64,000 nt of DNA from Paraphysomonas bandaiensis (Eukaryota; Protista; Chrysophyceae). This document shows, one piece after another, positions 13,749 through 28,300 of this stretch (its first letter is position 1; every line of letters begins with the position of its first letter). The notes under the pieces were generated by a model. It was not told where the DNA came from and made no database searches. It was given only the letters and a program-made list of their open reading frames with translations. The DNA is taken from NCBI GenBank assembly GCA_965644295.1, contig CBFFRP010000145.1:62001-126000 (forward strand), given 5' to 3'. Position numbers and translations under genes: made by a program.

Positions 13749-13900
13749 AAATTGTTTTGCTACAGTAGTTCTGACTCTTGACTCTTACACGCCCATCGCT
13801 AATAATCAGACATTCACTACTATAGTACATACAAAGTTCGCCACATTGCTACATTTAATTACACGATTGCAACAAGATATTCACCGTTGGTGTAATTCAT

Positions 13901-15711
13901 TTATGCTACTCTAAGATACTGCTTTTCTAAATTTGCCGCTGCTTCGCGATAAGCCGCCCCTAAAGCCCACTCAATACCAGATCCATCAATACTTTGCTGC
14001 ACTGTAATGACCTTATCCTCTTCGAGCCCAATACCATGTGTAAGGAATAAATAAGCATACGAGGAAGTAAAACACCATCGAGAATTTTGCTCTTTGGGAG
14101 AACTGTCTCGAGGGAGAGATGAAGCAACTTTGTCCCACGACATCCCACATACTTCCTGTGCAGAATCCAGGAATTCTTTAGGAGAAGTAGTCAAGGGAAA
14201 GCTCGTGATACGAGGTGAAGTGGAAGAATAAACAGGATCATGTCCTGCCGGCATTGTACCTAGCCCACTTGCAGCGTAAAAAAAGTTCTCAAATACCAAT
14301 ACATTTTTCGAATGTCGCACAAAAGACGGCTGATATATACAGTTGAAAGAAGTGGTGTCAATGTCTTCTACGCAATGGGCAGACTTCTCTCCATTACGCA
14401 GAGGAAACAATAGCCCTTCGATAGCTTGATGACACTTATCAGCCTTTTCATCTGATCCACCAACTACATGAAACTTCCCCACTGGCCCAGAATACACGTC
14501 TTTACTAGCTTTCCCTACCTCTCTAAAGTATCCAGGATTCAGACATGGATCTGCCAAAGTGGCCGGTTCAGTGCTTTGGCTGTCGCGCTGAGCCTTTTCT
14601 TGACTAGAAATTAAATGTGTATTTAGAGAAGCCCGTGCCTGATCAGCCCCATATCCCAAGTAAGAATGGGTGTAAAGCTGAAAACGCTTTCCTTGAATCG
14701 TGAAGGTGTACTGGAAATCTTTCTGTGTGGAGGGAATGTCATCGACATTGCTCACGATCTGCGTCACCTACCAAACAACTATATAAGAACTACACGTAGA
14801 CAATAAATAACATGTCAGTAACTCAGTTTCATATCTGCTGTGGTTTCTATATCTTGTACGAATACTTAAATAATGCAAATATTTCACACTACAAAGACAA
14901 GGAAATACCTGTGTGCTGGCGCCACCCATTTCAACCACGGCATAGGCCCTTTCCGGCGTAGGAGCACTTTTTGAATCACTAAAGGGTCCAATAACATGTT
15001 TCATGTAGTTAACGGATATCCACCCAAATGCTCCCTCTTCTATACCAGGAATTACTTGAGCAAATTCCGGTTGAAAAAAAAAGGGAGAGTTGTTCGAATT
15101 CCCGAGAAATTCTCGCACAGAAGACAAAATTGCATCCTGTGCATTATCATTTAGCATCCTCAGACCGGCAGTAGCCTTAAGCCATATAGGAGTATTAGCC
15201 CACTCAGATTCGGGGACTTCTTCTTTCATAAAGTCGATGAGACCCTGAAGAGATGCTCCAGCATCAGAAGGATTCATTGCAAAGGAGCTGAGCCCAGGCT
15301 TGACCTACGTTAGGCAGGCATTATTATATGTATTTTTTCATACAATATTACCTTCTTTGAGGAATGTTTGGGTAGGATATAGAGAGGCCCGCCCTCGGAG
15401 CCCAGCAACCCGTAACGAAACACATGGGCTCTGCATCCGCTACTGCCGGCATCTATCATACCCAAGTAGCTATAGCTATCTCTGTCCAACCCTTCAATTT
15501 CTATCTCTGATACACTGGCAGGGAGCACCTTGGGCCCTCTATAAGTACCTGAATACAGCTGCATATACCCGTACAGAGGGATGTATGGAAGAATAAGAGA
15601 ACTGCACGCCGCTAGTGCATAAAAAACTACAATAAGCAATAGCAGGAAAGCTGCTACTTTCCCGACAGAACGTCGCAGCGGGATATTCGGCTTACTCTTG
15701 CTGCCGTACAT
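13901..15711 (-). CDS. GDA1/CD39 family nucleoside phosphatase (apyrase/NTPDase), type II membrane protein; 3 exons
   Basis: Apyrase conserved regions IDAGSSGCR, LKATAGLRML, EEGAFGWISVNY, EMGGASTQ, YTHSYLGYG and EWALGA. N-terminal TM helix. Introns at ~15304-15352 and ~14767-14908. Confidence 0.92.
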
Positions 15712-15765
15712 TAAACTTAATTGTGTCCCATATCTAAAATCCACAACCAAATCACCCCTCAAAAT

Positions 15766-16033
15766 ATACATACCGGCATACATACATACATACATACATA
15801 CATACCTACATACCTACATACCTACATACATACACATACATATATACATACATACATACATACATACATACATACATACATACATACATACATACATACA
15901 TACATACATACATACATACATACATACATACATACATACATACATACATACATACATACATACATACATACATACATACATACATACATACATACATACA
16001 TACATACATACATACATACATACATACATACAT
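15766..16033. repeat. (TACA)n microsatellite
   Basis: About 270 bp of near-perfect TACA repeat between the divergent apyrase and dynein starts. Confidence 0.98.
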
Positions 16034-16300
16034 GGATGTAACCGTTTCGAATGGAAGTTGATCACTGAAACTGAAAATGTGGAGGTGGTAGTGTGTGTAG
16101 GCAGCTATCTATCTATCCGTGTGTATATGTATGTATATGTATATATATGGAGTGTTTAGTTGATATCACACTCTCATACAGCTGTGCAGTAACTGCTTAT
16201 CAATTGAACGACCTTACGCTTAACCGAAATATACGATACAACTTATGCTTAATTTATGGGTCATGTGTGTTTAATTAATATCTTTTGAGATAATTGAAGC

Positions 16301-19300
16301 ATGGAGATTAATACTGATTCAAGTGGCGCCCACCACTCCCCTGTGGTCTATCGCTCACCGAAACAGAAGAAAGGTTTCCCTGCCAAGCCTGTAGATCCGA
16401 CGCACACATTGGCCTCATCCATGAGGCACAATCCTGTACCTGATGTTATCGAACCCAAAGGTTTGACAAATAATATGACACTTACTTTTTAATACATGTT
16501 TTCAGTGTTCGCTCCTTATGAAACTCTTCCTGGTCATGCACCAAGACGCATTGAAGTGGAACGCAAGAAAAGACTTTATGCTAGTGTCGATATAGCGGAA
16601 ATATTAAATGAAAAAGGAGTTGTCGTTTATTTGGAGGGAAGGACTCAGAATCAGAGCAAAGATGCTCTGGAGTTGCACCTTTTCGACAACACGGAATTTG
16701 AATGTCGACCAATCGAAGATTGGATTAAACTTGTAAGGAATGCATCAGCTGGATTACCTGCTAGAGCTGTAAAATACGACTCCAGAGGTCGTATTACATG
16801 GCAATCATGCACCGTAAATGATTACGATGATGAGAAGAACGAGTTCAGGGTGATTTTTGATGATATTGCAGATGATAGTGGTCAGTCAGCCGACGAGTCA
16901 TCGGAAGAACACAAGAAGAACGATTTATATTTACACCGCATGTTTATATGTTTTGATGCCGAAAACCCTGTGGATTATTGCCGACGAATGGAAGATGCGG
17001 TAAGTCGAGAAAAGCGTGTGAAGGAGTTGATGGCGCTGAATCTTTACGCGGACTGTATGCCTGTGGACAACCTGAAGCCTCTTGATAGTGAACAAGTGAA
17101 TCGTATACTCGAAAACTCCATGAATCTTGAGAAACTCAGGAGTAACACTGCTCTAGACTCTATATCACTTCTTCAGCAGTACAACCTTAACCATATGCGC
17201 ACTCTAAATAAATTAGTGTTGGCGCGTACGATGCAGACCCGTTTGCATGATGTTCAAATGGTCCAGACTGCTAGCACTGACTGTACTCTACTTCAGGAAC
17301 ACTGGCATTTACCTGTAGTTTCTAATATGGCAGACTTCCCTGCTGAATATGGGTTTGATGACAGGAAGAAAGCCTTCAAGTTCAACTCATTACTCAGCAA
17401 GAGTGAGGCTATAAGTATTGTCTCACAAGTACAGAAGGAAAATTATAGTATTAAGAGAGGCACATTCTTTTCTGTTCCTGAAAAGACTGTCCGCTTAGAG
17501 GAATATACTCTCACGCAGCAAAATTCATTGTCCAACGCAGCAAGTCATATCAAAGATATCTGGATTAATTCCACGACAGCCACAGTGAAGAGGTTCCTGA
17601 AGGATGTGAAGAAAGGGTGGTACAATATTGAAGAGAGCAACGTGGAAGTTTACATGTTCTCCAAACTTCGCAAGTTTATGTTCCGTATTAATTTTATGAT
17701 GGAAGATACTATTCGTGATTTCCTCATGCAGAACCTACACGATTACATGGTTGCGATTACTCGCTGCTGTCCCTCGAAGGTTCATGTGAAGAGCAACGAC
17801 ACGGTAGATGTCGAATGCGAGCGACTTCCCCTGCTCACTGTAGACCTCAAGTTCATTAGTGCAGTACAGACGGAGGATCAAGGATTGGTTCCCGCACATT
17901 TCCTGTACGCCTCTTCGCCACAGTCTTTCGTTGACGCCATTCTACATCCGTTCGATCAGGTATTCGAGATGCTAAAGGGAATCGTCAAAGTAGAGCGACG
18001 GGTCATGAAAAATCTCTTCTGGAGCCACGATCCGATTATGCGTGTTCCTCATTCTTCGGAGGATTGGGTTCAGTCATTGAGGGAAATGATTACTCAGTCA
18101 TTGCATAACTCAATATTGGTTCCCATGGAACAGTACCTCAATACTTTGTCCCCTTTTCTTGACCTGATATCTATTGATATCGATGACTACATACTGCAAG
18201 CAGAAAATAAATATTGCCCGGCGGAAGGTAATCTTGATTTGACGGGACTTTGCAATCTCGCAAAGAAGCATAACGCGGATGCGGAAACTGTGTTTAATGC
18301 CTTTCCATCGACCATCAGCCTCGGAATTGTTCTCGTTGACCTGAAGGCGCTAAAGAAAATGCTCGCTAACATGCATACTTCTATTGCTACCAGACTCTTT
18401 GAGGTCCAAGTTCGTGCCATGCGTAATTACGCTGAAAATATTCAAAGCGAGTTTCGTACGATGTTTGATAAAATCAGTGTTACACCAGCTAACGTGGAGC
18501 ATCTGGCTGAAGTCCGCGAGTATCTGGCTACCGTTCCTCAATTGGTGCAGGGTATGACTGATAAAATTCACAAAAACGAAATGCATTTTTCTCTCCTCGC
18601 CGATGCGAAGTGTCGACTTAGTGTTGATGACATGGATATTCAGTGGGAAGTTACAGGATGGCCCCTAAAAATATCTACGGAGATCGCCACTCAGGAGAAG
18701 GCATTCCGCGTCTTGGAGGCACAATTCAGACATACAATGGAGGAAGAACAAGAAGACTTTGCTCACACATTGTCTTCTCTGCAGGTGGAAGTTAGTAAAC
18801 TGAAAGACTTGACACAGCTCAGTGCTGCTCCGCAAAATGCTGAAACTGTCAGGCGTATAAAGACATCTCTCAAAACAGCAGAAGAAATGTCTCGTAAGTT
18901 TCTTTCCCGAGAAGTTCTATTTGGTGTAACGGAATTGACTGAGTACAATGAAATAAATGAGATATCGCGTGTACTGGACCCGTTTTACGACCTTTGGGAT
19001 AGCGCTGAGAAGTGGCTGAGCAACAAAGAAAAGTGGACTAATGGCCCTTTCACTGAGCTTGATGCGGAAGGTCTGGAGCAAAGCGTAGGTACCCTACAAA
19101 GAAATTTAAACAAGTCGGGCAAGACATTTGAAAGATTGAATCTTTCACAATGCAACATCATAGCTGAACAAGTGCGCAGTGAAGTGGAGGAGTTCAGACC
19201 AAAGGTTCCGCTCATCACTGCTCTTCGCAACCCTGGAATGCGTGATAGACACTGGGATGACCTCAGTGCAAAACTAGAAGTTGACATTCCTAAAGATAAG

Positions 19301-22300
19301 GCAGAGTTGACATTGCAGAAATTATGCGATATGGGTTTTCTGGATAACTTAGAAAATATCCAGAAAGTATCAGAAAAGGCTGGTAAAGAATTTGGAATTG
19401 AAAAAGCGCTAGACAAGATGCAATCCGCTTGGGAAACAGTTCCTTTGGTTGTTGATGGATACCGTGACACTGGAACGTATATTTTGAAGGGCATTGATGA
19501 ATACATGTCACTCCTGGATGAGCACATTACTATGACGCAGGCAATGGCATTTTCTGCGTTTAAAGGACCTTTTGAGGAACGGATCGACAAGTGGAATTCG
19601 ACACTACAAGTCGTATCTGAAGTTATTGATGAGTGGACACAGTTGCAGCGCAACTGGCTATATTTGCAGCCAATATTTGACTCTGCGGACATTAACAAGC
19701 AACTTCCCCAAGAAGGAAAACGTTTCTCCACAGTTGACAAATATTGGAAACAGACCATGGGCAGTGCATCTAAGGGGGTCATGACCATCCGTTTTTGTGA
19801 TGATGCGCGTCTGCTGGATAGATTTAGGGAGGGGAATAAGCTTTTAGAGATGGTGCAGAAAGGCTTAGCAGATTATTTAGAAACAAAACGGGCAGGTTTT
19901 TCGAGGTTTTACTTTCTTTCCAATGATGAATTACTAGAAATTCTCTCTGAAACTAAAGATCCTCTCCGAGTCCAGCCTCATCTCAGAAAGTGTTTTGAGG
20001 GTATTAAAGGCGTAGACTTTCAACCAGACCTCACTATCACGGGCATGACAAGTCCAGAAGGCGAGAAGGTACCTTATTTGACTGCTGTGGATCCGAAAAA
20101 TAAAAATATTGAGCATTGGATGGTTGAAGTAATGAATGCTATGATTGAGTCCGTTCGTGACAACATGATATCTGCAATTTTGGACTACACAGAAACTCCT
20201 CGTACCGAGTGGATGCAGAAGTGGGCCGCACAGTGTGTTCTGAATGGCTCCCAGTTTCACTGGACACGTGAAGCTGAGGCAGCCATGGTTGAATTTGGGA
20301 ATGATGGCGTATGGAAGTATTACGAGCAGCTTTGTAAACAACTTGCAGACATGGTTATTCTTATCCGAGGTAAAATTTCGAAACTCGCACGAGTGACTGT
20401 TGGTGCGCTTGCTGTTGTCGATGTTCACGCCAGAGATGTTCAAAAGAAGATGGCTGAGGCTAATGTTAGTAATGTTTCTGACTTTGACTGGATTGCACAG
20501 ATGAGATATTACTGGAGTGGAGACATCTCCAATAGAGAAGGGGACTTTGATGTTATTATGGTGTCATCAAAGCGCAAGTACGGCTTCGAGTACTTGGGAA
20601 ATACCTTCAGACTTGTGATTACTCCTCTGACTGATAAGTGTTATCTCACTCTTATGGGTGCTCTGCAGATGATATTGGGAGGAGCACCTGCAGGCCCTGC
20701 TGGAACTGGAAAGACAGAAACTACTAAAGATTTAGCCAAAGCCTTGGCTAAACAGTGTGTTGTTTTCAACTGTTCGGATGGTCTTGACTATATGGCCATG
20801 GGCAAATTCTTCAAGGGATTGGCTTCCTCGGGGGCATGGGCGTGCTTTGATGAGTTTAACCGTATTAACATCGAGGTGCTTTCGGTGATTGCTCAGCAAG
20901 TTATTCAACTGCAATCCACAGTGCAACGAGGAGAAACTAGAACCATGTTTGAAGGGACTGACATATTCGTCAATCCAGAGTTTGCAGTGTTTATCACAAT
21001 GAATCCTGGGTATGCTGGTCGTGCTGAATTACCGGATAACCTCGAAGCCCTATTTCGCCCAGTTGCTATGATGGTTCCTGATTATGGCCTCATTGGCGAA
21101 ATCATGCTTTTCAGTTACGGATACATGGAGAATAGAAAGTGTGCTTTGAAAATGGTTGCCACATTCCGTTTGTGTTCAGAGCAGTTATCTTCCCAAGACC
21201 ATTATGATTATGGCATGCGTGCAGTTAAAACTGTGATTACAGCTGCTGGTAATTTAAAAAGAGCCAGTCCGGAAGAGAATGAAGAAGCTCTGTTGATGAG
21301 AGCGCTTCAAGATGTTAATATCCCAAAATTTCTTGCCCATGATCTTCCCCTATTTGCTGGTATCCTGAGTGACCTTTTCCCCGGAATTCAACGACCTGCA
21401 TTTGACTATGGCCCATTAATTGTGTCTCTTAAATCATCAATAGCGAAGAAAAATTTACAGCCAATTGAGGTGTTCTTATTGAAGAATATCGAGCTTTATG
21501 AGATGATATGTGTTCGGCACGGCCTCATGGTTGTTGGCCCTACTGGAGGTGGAAAGTCATCGAATATTCGTGTCCTTGCTGATGCATTAAGCAGTCTCAA
21601 GGCAAAAGACATCACAGGAAATCGCTACGAAAAGACACGCATCTTTCATTTAAATCCGAAATCAATAAAAATGGGGCAACTGTATGGTGAGTTCGACGAA
21701 AATACTCATGAGTGGCAGGATGGAATCCTTTGCGTGTTAATAAGAAAGTGTATTAAGGAGGATAATTCTAATCTGAAATGGATGCTGTTTGATGGTCCCG
21801 TGGATGCAATTTGGATCGAAAATATGAATACTGTGTTAGATGACAATAAAAAATTGTGTTTGACTTCGGGAGAAATTATTCAGTTGTCCGACCCGATGAC
21901 GATGATGTTTGAGCCAGAAGATCTGGCTGTAGCATCTCCAGCTACTGTGTCTAGATGTGGTATGGTCTACATGGAGCCTACTTCTCTGGGTTATGACGTT
22001 TTACTTCAAAGTTGGTTGGTCAAAACACCAGAAACTCTAGGATCTGCTCTTCGTGGGAAGCTGCAGATGCTGTTCGACAAATTTGTACCAAGTTTACTGG
22101 GATTCTTAAGAAGATATTGCGTTGAGCCGTTGCCCACTGTAAACAATTGTCTGGTTGAAGCCCTTTTTCACCTTCTCGACACATTCCTTGCTGACTACTA
22201 TGAACATGAGGACGGGGCAGAGAACAAAACCCTGGCTGAAGTTGAAAAATTTCTCAGTCAGATTGAGTCTGTGTTCGTCTTCTGCTTGTGTTGGTCAATT

Positions 22301-25300
22301 TGTTGTACTGGAAATGCTGATTCAAGGCGGATGATGGACTCATTTATACGCGAGGAATTGCACTCATTTGGACTCAACATTGGAATTCCTTCTACTGGCA
22401 TTATATTTGACTATAAGTTTGATCTTGAAAGTAATGCGTGGATACTTTGGAAAGAGTCGATTCCACCTTATGAGTATGATCCGAAGCTGAGTTTTGCGGA
22501 GTTAATCGTTCCAATAAATGATAGTATATGCTATACATATTTATTGGATATTCTTGTCCGTAATAAGAAACATGTACTAATGACAGGCCCTACAGGAACC
22601 GGTAAAACTGTTAATATTTTAGGACACTTACAAAATGGGTTGCCGGATAAGTACATTCCAATCACATTGGCGTTTTCCGCTCAGACTACTGCAAACCAAA
22701 CGCAGGATTTAATCGACTCGAAATGCGAGAAACGAAGGAAAGGTGTGTTTGGTCCAACCGCGGGAAAGGAGTTTATTATATTTGTTGATGATGTCAACAT
22801 GCCAATGAAGGAAGAGTATGGAGCTCAGCCACCGATAGAAATTTTACGACAATGGTTTGACAACGGTGGATGGTATGATCGTAAGGCTTTGGAAATGAGG
22901 AAAATCATAGATGTAATATTCGTATGTGCCTGTGGCCCTCCTGGTGGTGGCAGAAATGATGTGACTGCCCGTTTTTACCGACACTTCAATATCATAAACT
23001 ATGTTGATATTTCGAATGAATCTCTGAACACGATTTTCCGGACCATCCTAACGAACTTTTTGTCAGTCTTTGAGGAGGATGCTCAAGCTGCAGCTACGTC
23101 AATTGTTGACGCATCGGTCGATGTTTTTAACACTATCTTAGATGAACTGCGACCCACACCAGCCAAACCTCACTATGTCTTTAATATGCGAGATCTATCT
23201 AAAATTTTCCAAGGTCTGTTAATGGTAGACAAGAGGAGGATAACTACTGGTGTTCAGCTTTGCCGGGTTTGGGTGCATGAGAACCAGCGTGTATTTGGTG
23301 ATCGTTTGGTCAATGAGACTGATAAGGCGTGGTTGATGGATACACTTGAACTCAAATTTCGCGCCGCTGCACCTACCATTGAATGGGATAGTCTCTGGGA
23401 GGAAAGCAAACAAGTTATTTTGGCAGACTTTATGATACCTGGTGCTGATCCGAAGGTGTATGAAGAGGTATCTGATGTACCGTCGATGCAGGCTCAGGTC
23501 GAAGAATACCTGGCAGAGTATAATGGCGAAAGCAAACAGCCTATGCATTTGGTGTTATTTTATGACGCTCTGATGCACGTTGCCAAAATTACCCGTGTCT
23601 TGCGACAACCATCTGGCCATGCGCTGCTGTTAGGAGTCGGAGGTAGTGGACGCCAGAGTTTGACTCGACTGGCATCTTTCATTGCAAGTTATAAACTGTA
23701 TCAAATTGAAATAGCCAAAGGGTATGGCATGAATGAATGGCGGGAAAATGTTAAAGAATGCTTGTTGCTAGCTGGTGCTCAGAACATGCCTGTCGTCTTC
23801 TTGTTTAACGACACTCAGATCATCAACGAAACAATGCTTGAAGATATTAATGGAATTTTGAATTCTGGTGACGTGCCAAACTTGTACGCTGCGGAAGACT
23901 TAGAAGCAATTTCTACGGCGTGTAGACCTGAGTGCCAAAAGAAAAGAATTCCGCCGACTAAACTAAATATATTTGCACAATATTTGCTGCGTGTGAAGGC
24001 TAATATTCACGTTGTACTGTGTATGAGTCCACTCGGCAACGCTTTCAGAACCCGCCTTCGAATGTTTCCATCCATTGTAAATTGCTGTACTATTGATTGG
24101 TTCATGGAGTGGCCGGATGATGCCTTGCAGAGTGTTGCAAGTCGCTTTTTGGCTTCTTCGAATCTGGGGTTGGACTTCTGTGCTGGTGCTGTTGTCAATT
24201 ACTTTCAGTATTTGCATCAAAGTATTGAGCGCTCATCAGTTGAGTTTTTAACGAAGTTGCGTCGTCCTTTCTACGTGACACCTACGTCCTATTTGGAATT
24301 GTTGTCGACGTATGACAGAGTGTTGACTGACAAACGAAAAGAAGTTGGCACTTTGAGAGACCGCTTGAAAGTTGGAGTGGAGAAACTGGTATCCACAGAG
24401 AAACAAGTAAATGAATTGCAAGCAACACTGACTGAGATGGAACCGAAGTTAATTCAAACGCAAGCAGATGTTGAAGAGATGATCATTCAGATAACTAGTG
24501 ATAAAGCCTCGGCTGCAGAGACAAAAGCAGTTGTCGAAGTTGAGGAAGCATCCGCGTCGAAGAAAGCGGCAGAAACACAAGCTATTGCTGACGATGCTCA
24601 ACGTGATCTGGATGAGGCACTTCCTGCGCTTGCTCAGGCTGTGCAATGCCTGAAAGATCTGAAGAAATCTGATATCGATGAAGTAAAATCACTTGGCAGA
24701 CCTCCACAGAATGTTATTAAGACTTTGCAGGCATGTTGTATCATGTTTGACATTAAGCCGGATAGAATTAACGATCCAGATAATCCTGGAAAGAAGATCA
24801 ACGATTACTTTAAAGCGGCCCAGAAGAACTTATTAGCAAGTGCAAATAAATTGATGGACGACATGCAGAATTATGACAAAGACAATATTCCTCCTGATAT
24901 TATTGCCAAAATTGAGCCATTTTACAATGACCCTAATTTCACACCAGAGATTATTGAAAAAGCCAGTAAGGCCTGCAAGGCCATGTGCATGTGGACACGG
25001 GCGATGTATAAGTATCATCAGGTAACGCTTGTAGTTGAACCAAAGAAAAAGCAATTGGCCGAGGCGCAGGCCTCTTTGGATGAAACGATGAAGATTTTGA
25101 ACAAAGCACAAGCCACATTAGCGGAAGCAGAGTCTCGTATTGCCCAACTTGAAGCTTCATTCAAAGAAGCTAATGACAAGAAAGAGCAGCTTGTGCTGGA
25201 TGTCGATCAGTGTAGAGCAAGGTTGGAGCGTGCAGTAAAACTCATGGGTGGACTTGGAGGAGAAAGAACACGATGGACGCAGTCCTGTGCGGACCTTACT

Positions 25301-28300
25301 GCTGCGTACGACAACCTTGTCGGTGACTGTTTAGTTTCTGCAGGTGCCATTGGTTACCTAGGTGTATTTACACCTGATTTCCGCCAGATGATATTCAAGG
25401 ATTGGCAGGACAAACTTGCAGAATACAGCATTCCTCATACGCCACAGTGCAATCTTCGGGGTACAATGTCTGATGCAGTGGCAATTCGTCAGTGGACAAT
25501 ATGCGGTCTTCCGCAGGACTCTCATTCCGTTGAGAATGGTATTATTATGTCTAAAGGTCGACGTTATCCGTTACTGATTGACCCTCAAGGTCAAGCCAAT
25601 CGCTACATCAAAAACATGGGTAAGGATACGAATATGTGTCCTAACGATATCGATGTTGTGAAATTGAGCGATAAAAATTTCCTTCGTACCTTGGAGAACG
25701 GTGTACGATTTGGGCGATGGGTACTCTTGGAAAATATTGGCGAAGAGCTAGATGCTGCTTTGGAGCCCCTTCTCTTACAGCAGAAGTTTAAGCAAGGGGG
25801 AACAGAAATGATTAAGATTGGTGATAGTACGATACCGTGGAATGATAGTTTCAGGTTTTTCATGACAACAAAGCTGTCGAATCCGCATTACCCTCCTGAA
25901 GTCTGTGTCAAGGTGTCCATTGTCAATTTTGCCATCACTTTCTCTGGGTTAGAAGATCAGCTACTTGGTGTTGTTGTTGTGGAAGAAATGCCTGAAATGG
26001 AAGAGAAAAAGAATTCTTTGGTAGTTTCAAATGCGCGGATGAGGAAAGAGTTGCAAGAAATTGAGGACCAGATCCTGTTTATGCTTTCTAATTCTACTGG
26101 GAATATTCTCGATGACCATAAATTGATAGAAACCCTGGCAAATTCGAAAGTCAAGTCAGCTGAAATTTCGGCTAAGGTTGAGGAAGCAGAAAAAACAGAA
26201 GAGCAGATAGATATATCACGAAATATGTATCGACCTGTTGCATTCCGGGGTTCTGTTTTGTACTTCTGCATTTCAGATCTTGCCACGATCGATCCCATGT
26301 ATCAGTACTCGTTGCAGTGGTTTAGAAATCTGTTTATTCAAGCAATCCGCCTCGCTGAGCATTCGGACGATATCAATGTCAGGCTTGGTAATCTGAACGA
26401 CTTTTTCACATACTACGTATATACCAACATCTGTCGGTCTTTGTTCGAGAAGCACAAATTAATTTTTTCATTCTTGTTAACAATTCGTATACTTCAAGGG
26501 GACAAGTCCATAGATCCAATGGAGTGGTTATTTTTTATATCTGGAAAGGGTACTGTCCCTGCAGATGTACAAAACCCTTCACCGGATTGGATTGATGGAA
26601 GAATGTGGGCAGAAATCACAAGCCTTTCCAGTCTTCCTAACTTCAAGAACCTTGCCATTGACGTGTTCAATTCGCCTAAGAGATGGAGGGAAATATATGA
26701 TGCATTGGAACCACATAATTCTTCCCTTCCTGGAGAATTCGATACCATGTTGAATAGCTTTCAGAAATTATGTGTTCTTCGCACATTGAGGCCAGATAAA
26801 ATCCCCGATGGTGTGCTTGCCTATGTCATAGAGCAGTTGGGATCAAAGTTTGTGGAACCGCCTCCGTTTGATCTGAGTGCTTGCTTCAAAGATTCGAATG
26901 TATTGACCCCACTTGTGTTCGTTTTATCAAAGGGATCGGATCCTACGAAAGCCTTCAATGATTTTGCAGTCAAGATGAAAATGGATAAGAAAACCAAAAT
27001 GCTGTCGTTAGGTCAAGGACAAGGTCCAAAGGCTGCGAAAATGATAGAGGAAGCCACTCAAAAAGGAGCTTGGGTGTTTTTACAGAACTGCCACTTGTTC
27101 ATATCATGGCTGCAAACACTTGAGAGGATATGTGAGAACTTATCAGTCGACTCAGTTCACAAAGATTTCCGATTGTGGCTGACAAGTATGCCATGTCCGC
27201 AGTTTCCAGTTGCTGTTTTGCAAAGTGCGGTGAAAATGACAAATGAACCTCCAAAGGGCCTTCGAGCAAATTTGAGGAATGCCTACTACAAACTAAACAA
27301 TCAGCTTCTCAACGTTACGAAGTGTCCAGATATATACAAGAAGCTTCTGTTTGGTCTATGTTTCTTCCATGCAGTCGTACAGGAACGACGTCAATTTGGT
27401 CCATTAGGATGGAATATACCATACGAGTTCAATGATACTGATTTGGATATTTCCAAGGGGCAATTGGAATTGTTCTTGGACCAATACGATATAATTCCTT
27501 GGAAGGTATTGAACTTCTTGACGTCTTATATCAATTATGGTGGAAGAGTAACGGATTACATTGATCTTCGGACTATTGATGTCATTATGAAATCGTATTA
27601 TACACCTAGTATACTAGAATCATCCTATAAATTTGACAGTGAGGGTATTTTTTACTCTATTGATTTCGACGAAGCCGATCCTCATGCGAGTTACATAAAC
27701 TACATCGATACCCTTCCTCTCACCGCCAACCCTTCTGTATTTGGTATGCATGAAAATGCGAAAATATCAAGTGCCAATGCAGAAGCCTTTGGCATGTTTG
27801 ATATATGTTTGTCGCTACAAGCAAGCGACGCTGGTGCTGGTGGAGGTGCGGAAGGTATGTTGGAAGCAACTGTCAATGATATCTGCAAGAAAATTCAAGA
27901 GAAAGGAATGTTCGATGTAGAGGCAATCTCGATGAGGTATCCTGTTGTCTACGAAGAATCGATGAATACTGTGTTAGTACAGGAGTGCATCAGATACAAT
28001 AAACTCATTGAATGTATGGAAATATCATTGCCAGCTCTAATAAATGCGTTGAAAGGGTTGGTGGTCATGTCATCCGAGCTAGAGTCAATATCGGTTTCTG
28101 TTGCATTAAACCAGGTTCCGGCGTATTGGTCCAGTAAAGCGTATCCTAGTATGAAGCCTCTTGGTGCTTGGGTAGATGATCTCATGCTTCGATTGAAGTT
28201 CATCAATGAGTGGATTGAATTCGGTGTGCCTAATGTATTTTGGATTTCTGGGTTTTATTTTCCTCAAGCATTTCTCACTGGGAGTTTACAAAATTATGCA

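Noticed and set aside
15698-16159. ORFs of YIHT/MYVC repeats
   Set aside because: Translation artefacts of the (TACA)n microsatellite, which is stop-free in all frames.
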